A stretch of 64,000 bases of DNA from an uncultured Solirubrobacteraceae bacterium (GTDB lineage Bacteria > Actinomycetota > Thermoleophilia > Solirubrobacterales > Solirubrobacteraceae), in assembly GCA_963709885.1 (NCBI GenBank), contig CAVPXY010000006.1:93251-157250 (forward strand). Reading direction: 5' to 3'. Position numbers and translations under genes: made by a program. Positions 57,958-64,000 of the stretch are shown here, in pieces; the first letter of the stretch is position 1; every line of letters begins with the position of its first letter. The notes beneath the pieces were generated by a model that searched no databases, had not been told where the DNA came from, and saw only the letters and a program-made list of their open reading frames with translations.

Positions 57958-59077
57958 TTAGGGATGGCGGGCCGACAGCTCGAGCTCCCCGCCGGCGAAA
58001 CACACGTCTACCGGCTCCAAGATCACCCGCCGGGGGCCCTCCTCCACGCGTCCGGCCAAGAGCGCGCTGAGCCCGAGCCCCTCGGCGACACGCACGATCT
58101 CCCCGCCGGCACCGGCGCGACAGTAGAGGGCATAGCCCGATCCCATGTTGAAGGTCGAGTACGCCGTGTGAGAGTCGAGCCCGGCCTGGGCCACCATGAA
58201 GCTGAGCACCTCGGGAACCGCCGGGAGCCTCTCGATGCGATAGGTGAGCGGCTTGTCAGGGCGCATCAGCTTGAGCAGGCCGTGGCCGGTCACGTGGCTT
58301 GCGTAGGTCACCTCGAGCGCCGCCCGCAGCAGGGCGGAGATGAGCGGGACGTACATGACCGACGGCTCGAGCAGCGCCTCGCCGAGGGTGACGCCGCTCG
58401 ACAGCGCCGTCGCGTACCCGTCGGGCAGCCGCGCGGCGAGCAGACGGGCCAGCGAGGCGCCGTTGGCGTGAAGCCCGCTGGAGGCCACGAGCACGATCTC
58501 ATCGCCGGGCTCGAGCTCCTCCCCGAGGATCGGGGAGCGGCCCTCGGGCACGACGCCCACGGCAGCTCCCGCCAGCTCGATGTCCCGCTCGCCGAGCATC
58601 CCCGGCAACGAGGGGGACTCCCCGCCGCCCCAGACGCAGCCCGCGTCCGCGCACGCGCTGCGCCAACCCTCCAAGAGCGCGGCGGCGCGCTCGGACTCGC
58701 GGTACCACTCCGAGGCTCCGGTGGCGAAGTAGGCGCTCACCACGAGCGGGAGCGCCCCCACGCAGCAGAGGTCGTTCAGGATCGCGGCGACCGTGTCGTA
58801 GGCAACATCACCAAAGCGGTTGATCCCCTGGCGTTCGAACACCTCGCGCGCGACTCATCGACTTTGTGCCCAACCCCTCGACCACGAACGCGAACGCCCG
58901 CCCGTCGAGCTCGAACACGAACGCCGGCTCCCCCCGGGATGAGTCGAGTGCGCGGCCGCCCGCGGCCGCGAGCAGCGACGAGGTCGACAGCGCCTTGGCC
59001 ATCGCGAGGCGCTTGGCGGCGTCGAGCGCGTCGTAATCCACACCGGCCGCGCGGTAGCTGACACTTTCTCGGCTCAT
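57958..59077 (-). CDS. purM: Phosphoribosylformylglycinamidine cyclo-ligase (AIR synthase), frameshift near 58856
   Basis: [36 protein letters not shown] and TFNMG. Confidence 0.88.
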
Positions 59078-59117
59078 CGGGGATGATCCTAGGCCCATTG
59101 CCACCAGGGAGGATTCG

Positions 59118-60335
59118 ATGGACTTCCAGCCAAGCCAGCGCTGCTCCGAGTTCAAGGAGCGCCTCACCACGTTCATGGACGAGCACGTCTACTCGGCGGA
59201 GGCGCTGTACGAGCGCCAGCTGCACGAATCCGGCGACGCTCACCATCAGCCGCCGATCATGGAGGAGCTCAAGGTGCGCGCGCGCGAGGCGGGCCTGTGG
59301 AACATGTTCCTGCCCGACGCCTCCCTCGGGGCGGGGCTGTCCAACAGCGACTACGCGCCCCTGGCAGAGATCCTCGGGCGCTCGCCCATCGCCTCGGAGG
59401 CCTGCAACTGCTCCGCGCCCGATACCGGCAACATGGAGGTGCTCTACCAGTTCGCCACGCCCGAGCAGAAGGATCGCTGGCTCACCCCGCTGCTCGAAGG
59501 CGAGATCCGCTCGGCGTTCGCCATGACCGAGCCCGACGTGGCATCTTCAGATGCCACCAACATCGCGCTGCGCATCGAGCGCGACGGCGAGGACTACGTG
59601 CTCAACGGGCGCAAGTGGTGGACCTCCAACGCCTATCACCCCAACTGCCGGATCCTGATCGTGATGGGCAAGACGAGCGTGGACGGGCCACGGCACAAGC
59701 AACAGAGCCAGATCCTCGTGCCCCTCGACACCCCCGGTGTGACGCGCGTTCGCAACGTTCCCGTGTTCGGCTACTACGACCATGAGGGTCACGCGGAAGT
59801 CCTGTTCGAGGACGTGCGCGTTCCCGCCTCGAACCTCATCGCCGGCGAGGGCGATGGGTTCATGATCGCCCAGGCCCGCCTCGGCCCCGGGCGCATCCAC
59901 CACTGCATGCGTTCCATCGGCGCCGCCGAGCGGGCGTTGGAGGCGATGTGCGCGCGCGCCGCCTCGCGCGTCACCTTCGGCCAGCCGCTCGCAGCCCGGG
60001 CCAACATCCAGGACTGGATCGCCGAGTCGCGCATCGAAATCGAGATGGGGCGCCTGCTCACGCTCAAGGCCGCCTGGCTGATGGACACCGTCGGCAACCG
60101 CCATGCGCGCACAGAGATCGCGGCGATCAAGGTGGCCGCGCCCAACATCGCCTTGAACGTTCTCGACCGGGCGATCCAGGTCCACGGCGGCGCCGGGGTC
60201 GCTGATGACTTCCACCTTGCCTCGACCTATGCCCACCTGCGAACACTCCGCCTCGCCGACGGCCCCGATGAGGTCCACAAGCTTTCGATCGCCCGCCGCG
60301 AGCTCGCGCCCCATCTCCCGCACGACGAGCGTTAG
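59118..60335 (+). CDS. Acyl-CoA dehydrogenase
   Basis: [30 protein letters not shown] and ADGPDEVH; GGAGG RBS. Confidence 0.95.
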   Translation: MDFQPSQRCSEFKERLTTFMDEHVYSAEALYERQLHESGDAHHQPPIMEELKVRAREAGLWNMFLPDASLGAGLSNSDYAPLAEILGRSPIASEACNCSAPDTGNMEVLYQFATPEQKDRWLTPLLEGEIRSAFAMTEPDVASSDATNIALRIERDGEDYVLNGRKWWTSNAYHPNCRILIVMGKTSVDGPRHKQQSQILVPLDTPGVTRVRNVPVFGYYDHEGHAEVLFEDVRVPASNLIAGEGDGFMIAQARLGPGRIHHCMRSIGAAERALEAMCARAASRVTFGQPLAARANIQDWIAESRIEIEMGRLLTLKAAWLMDTVGNRHARTEIAAIKVAAPNIALNVLDRAIQVHGGAGVADDFHLASTYAHLRTLRLADGPDEVHKLSIARRELAPHLPHDER

Positions 60336-60464
60336 CGCGTAAGCCCGACCTCCGGGTGATCCTCGCGTTCGCCGCGCGTACGCCGTGCTGTGGCGGACAT
60401 CCGCCGAGATCTGCCGCATGATGTCAAGCGGGGGTGTCGAAGCGCCGATTCAGCCGCACGCCAC

Positions 60465-61532
60465 ATGTCCATCATCTCGACCCCCAACGATCTGACCGCC
60501 AAGCTCCCAGCCTGGCGGCACAAGAACTTCGACATTCTCCGGCGCTTGATCGCGGTGGGGTACTTCATGGCCGCCGTCACCGCTTTGATCGCGTGCGCGC
60601 TCTACAGCTCCAACCGCAGCAATGCCGCCTTCGTGATCCTCGCCGGCGTGTACACCGGCGTGGGCGTCTTCCTGGCCGTAAGACGCGGGCTGCCGGACGG
60701 GGTGATCAAGTTCTTCGCCTTCTCCGGCGCGATCCTTTTCGTAAGCGCCGCCGTCGCGGTCGCGAATCCGCTGGGACCAACCCCGCTGTACTACGTATGG
60801 CCCGCGCTCAACTGCGGCTACTTCGGCAGCAGACGCGACGCCCGCGTGGCGAGCGTGGTGATGAGCGTGTCGTTCGCGGTCGCGCTCGTGTTCGCGCACG
60901 ACGTCCAGGTGCCGATCGTCATGTACACCTCGGTTGTCTCCTTCTTCCTGATCATCCTGGTCGCCGTCCAGTACCAGGCCCGGCGCACCGACGCGATCGT
61001 GGAAGAACTCAATGTCGCGGCCGCCACGGACGGCCTCACCGGCCTGCTCGACCGCCGCGCGTTCAGCCACGCGTTCCAGCGCGAGATCGAGCGCGCGCGC
61101 GCCTCGGGTCTCGCCCTGAGCATGATCTTCTTCGATCTCGACCACTTCAAGGAAGTCAACGACGGCTTCGGCCATTCCGCGGGCGACGAGGCGCTGTGCG
61201 CCTTTGCGCGGATCCTCGAACGCGAATGCTCGGTCACGGACCTGCTCGCGCGCATGGGCGGCGAGGAGTTCGCGGTCGTCCTGTTCGACGCCGACGCCGA
61301 GGCCGCCAAGGAGTTCGCCGAGCGGACCGCGATGGAGCTCTCGCACTGGAGCAGCGAGCACCCGCCCGTGCTTACCACGAGCGCCGGTGTCGCGGTGCTG
61401 AGCGAGGAGACCGCCACGCCATCGCAGATGCTCACGGCGGCGGACCGGGCGCTTTACGCCGCCAAGGCCGCCGGTCGCAACCGCGTCATCGCCGCGGGTC
61501 AGACGACGGCACGGGTGCTCGTCGCGGCCTAG
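60465..61532 (+). CDS. Membrane-bound diguanylate cyclase (GGEEF)
   Basis: About 5-6 TMs, TDGLTGL, DLDHFK, MGGEEF and ADRALY; no RxxD I-site. Start inferred. Confidence 0.92.
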   Translation: MSIISTPNDLTAKLPAWRHKNFDILRRLIAVGYFMAAVTALIACALYSSNRSNAAFVILAGVYTGVGVFLAVRRGLPDGVIKFFAFSGAILFVSAAVAVANPLGPTPLYYVWPALNCGYFGSRRDARVASVVMSVSFAVALVFAHDVQVPIVMYTSVVSFFLIILVAVQYQARRTDAIVEELNVAAATDGLTGLLDRRAFSHAFQREIERARASGLALSMIFFDLDHFKEVNDGFGHSAGDEALCAFARILERECSVTDLLARMGGEEFAVVLFDADAEAAKEFAERTAMELSHWSSEHPPVLTTSAGVAVLSEETATPSQMLTAADRALYAAKAAGRNRVIAAGQTTARVLVAA

Positions 61533-61769
61533 CGGCGACCTGAGTAGAGCACACCGCAGCCGGCCCTTGGAGCCTGAAACGGGTTCTATGGGCAGTAGTG
61601 TGCGGCGATGGTTGGACCGGGGCTCAAAGACGCCTTTGCGCCGGGATTCAAGGTGCCCCATCAGTCGTGAGCGACTTCTGGAAGACGACTTGGTCGAGAG
61701 GCCGTATGAGACCTCCGAGCTGATCCTCGCCTTCGCCGCGCGCGTGCAACCCCGACAGCGCCGCGAAGC

Positions 61770-63614
61770 TCACGCCAGCTGCTCACGGAGCGCCTTGCGG
61801 CCCTCCGCTGCCAGGGCCCGCAACTCCGCGATCTGCTCCTCATTGACATTCGCGTCTGCCTGCCGGCCGGTGTGCTCCAGTCGCCGGCAGCACAGCCGCA
61901 GGCGGTTCGCCCCGAGGCTTGCGCTCGAGCCCTTGAGGAGGTGTGCCACGCGCCTGACCTCCCCGCGATCGCCGCGCTCGACTGCAATGGCGATGTCATC
62001 GACGCACTGATCCAGCTGCTCCTCGAAGGTGTCGATCAGCTGCCGGCGCATCTCCGGTCGCAGGGTGTCCTGGAGCTGCACGATCGTGGCCTGATCGAGC
62101 ACTTCCTCGGACTCGTCGGACGCACCGTTCGAGCTCGGCCCGTCGTCTCTCGCACCCTGCGAGGCTTCGGCCTGCAGCTCATCGCCGGGCAGCCACCTTC
62201 GCATGATGTCGTCGAGCTCGCCGCCGCGAATGGGCTTGCTGAGATAGTCATCCATTCCCGCGGCCAGGCAGCGCTCTCGATCGCCGGGCATCGTGAGAGC
62301 GGTCATGGCGATGATCGGCACGTGGTGGCCGTTTCCGTTCTCGGCGAGACGGATCTGCCGGGTTGCCTCGAATCCGTCCACTTCGGGCATCTGGCAGTCG
62401 ATCAGGATCGCCGCATAGTGGACCGCGCTCGCCATCTCCACCCCCTCACGACCGCTGTGGGCGAGCGCCGTTCGCACACCCAGTTTGGCCAGCAGCGCCT
62501 CGGCGACGAGGCGGTTGATCTTGTTGTCCTCGACGATCAGAACCAGCGGTCCCCGATCGAGCGGCATGCTGGTCGACGATCGTGGCCGCTCTCCTCGAGA
62601 GGTTTCCGAAACGGGAGTGTGTGCGGCGGCCCCTGGCGTGACCTCGGGCAGCTCGGCCGTGAACCAAAAGACGCTGCCCCCGCCTGGACGCGGCTCGGCG
62701 GCGATCTCTCCCCCCATGTGCTGCACGAGCTGGCGTGAGATCGCCAACCCGAGACCGGTTCCCCCATACAGCCGCGCCGTGGTTTGGTCCGCCTGCACGA
62801 AGGCCTCAAACAGCTGCGAGGCCCGATCCCGATCGATTCCGACACCGGTGTCTGAAACGGCGAAGTGCAGGCGATCCTCCTCCTGGCGGCGGACCTTGAC
62901 CATGACCTCGCCCGCGGCGGTGAACTTCAGGGCGTTTGACAGGAGATTCAGCAGGATCTGGCGCAGACGAGCGCGATCGCCGTGCACCATCACGGGTACC
63001 TCCGGGTCGATCTCCTGGCCGATGTGAAGACCCGCGCTGTTTACCTGCCCGGCGAGCTTGCAGGCCTCCCCCACGGCGTCGCGCAGGTCGAAGTCGGTGG
63101 GATCGAGCTCCAGACGCCCCGCCTCGATCTTCGAGAAGTCCAGAACGTCGCTGATCACCGACAGCAGCGCATCGCCCGATGCCGACAGTGCGTCGACGTC
63201 CTCCCTCTGAACCGAGTCCAGACTGCTCTCGCGGAGGAGCTCGGTCATCCCGATCACTCCGTTCAGCGGCGTGCGAATCTCATGGCTCATGTTGGCGACG
63301 AACTCTGACTTCGCGCGGGACGCCTCGATCGCCTCCCCGAGCTCGCTCTTCTGCACCGCGATTTCCCGTCGCAGGCGATCCATCGTGAGGCGAAGGGCGC
63401 GGTCGCGAACCAACACCACGGCGATCGAGAGACCGAGCACGAGGACGATCGTGTTCGCGGTGTTGAGCCCCAGGGCGTTGAGGCCCCACACGAGCGAGAG
63501 GCAGACTCCGGTGGCAACGAGGAGGATGGCGACGGACTGGCCAACGCGGCTCACATCCGAACCGTGCCCCGTCCGGGCCGGAGAGCCGTCGTGGGGCGGG
63601 CGCTTGAAGATCAT
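61770..63614 (-). CDS. Hybrid sensor histidine kinase (2 TM-HisKA-HATPase-REC-Hpt)
   Basis: [36 protein letters not shown] and Hpt AHLLKGSS; start uncertain. Confidence 0.95.
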   Translation of the reverse strand: MIFKRPPHDGSPARTGHGSDVSRVGQSVAILLVATGVCLSLVWGLNALGLNTANTIVLVLGLSIAVVLVRDRALRLTMDRLRREIAVQKSELGEAIEASRAKSEFVANMSHEIRTPLNGVIGMTELLRESSLDSVQREDVDALSASGDALLSVISDVLDFSKIEAGRLELDPTDFDLRDAVGEACKLAGQVNSAGLHIGQEIDPEVPVMVHGDRARLRQILLNLLSNALKFTAAGEVMVKVRRQEEDRLHFAVSDTGVGIDRDRASQLFEAFVQADQTTARLYGGTGLGLAISRQLVQHMGGEIAAEPRPGGGSVFWFTAELPEVTPGAAAHTPVSETSRGERPRSSTSMPLDRGPLVLIVEDNKINRLVAEALLAKLGVRTALAHSGREGVEMASAVHYAAILIDCQMPEVDGFEATRQIRLAENGNGHHVPIIAMTALTMPGDRERCLAAGMDDYLSKPIRGGELDDIMRRWLPGDELQAEASQGARDDGPSSNGASDESEEVLDQATIVQLQDTLRPEMRRQLIDTFEEQLDQCVDDIAIAVERGDRGEVRRVAHLLKGSSASLGANRLRLCCRRLEHTGRQADANVNEEQIAELRALAAEGRKALREQLA

Positions 63615-63647
63615 CTTTGACCACGCCAAGGGCCGATGCCCGTTGGA

Positions 63648-64000
63648 CTAAGCCGCGCTCCCGGACTGTGCGCTCGGCGCGAGGGACCGTTGGGCGGCGT
63701 GCACTCGGATCGAGTCGGTGAGAGTCTCGGCCAAAGCCTGTGTGGAGGCGCCCTTGCGTCGGTAGCTGACCGCACCGGCCTCCAGCAGCGCTCGGACGAC
63801 CGCATCGGACTCGTCGCCTGACAGCATCAAGCGCGAGCGACGACTGTTTGCATCTGGAGGAGTCATCGGCTGGGTGCTCCCGCGCAAGCGACGTTGCATG
63901 GTGGGTGTGTATTCGCAGGCATCTGGGCTCGCAGTCCATTCCTATCGTCAGCTCGAAGCCCCCACTTGAGCCTCGCCACATCGATATCGCCGGACGACGG
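63648..64000 (-). pseudogene. Degenerate or low-quality single-domain response regulator
   Basis: The C-terminal LSGDESDAVVRALLEAGAVSYRRKG resembles the end of a receiver domain; no continuous REC frame upstream. Confidence 0.5.

Noticed and set aside
61660-61770. Possible response-regulator fragment (ISRERLLEDDLVERPYETSELILAF) on the + strand
   Set aside because: Too short and only loosely similar; cannot be supported without a search.

Overview
High-GC chromosomal window whose gene content suggests Actinomycetota, probably Thermoleophilia/Solirubrobacterales (inferred from gene set and protein style, not from a database search). Housekeeping genes: secG, argS, tRNA-Gly(CCC), uvrC-rapZ-gap-pgk-tpiA-gpmI and a purM-like gene. 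A System I cytochrome c maturation set is split in two, and its CcmE has a Cys-type motif. Also present are fatty-acid and ABC genes, a Ser/Thr kinase cluster, c-di-GMP enzymes and a hybrid histidine kinase. Four features stand out. (1) An operon of six Mce/MlaD proteins plus an MlaF/MceG-type ATPase, with an embedded lytic transglycosylase fused to a degenerate M23/LytM domain and no YrbE/MlaE permease. (2) A LexA-boxed imuB / ImuB-C-like / dnaE2 / NUDIX cassette lacking imuA, back-to-back with two diverged tandem copies of a structured candidate sRNA. (3) A three-hairpin candidate sRNA with C-rich anti-Shine-Dalgarno loops at about 4.74-4.86 kb. (4) A possible decayed islet at the tRNA-Gly 3' end. 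Nine frameshifts in six genes all resolve as single extra bases, so they are probably consensus errors rather than true pseudogenes.
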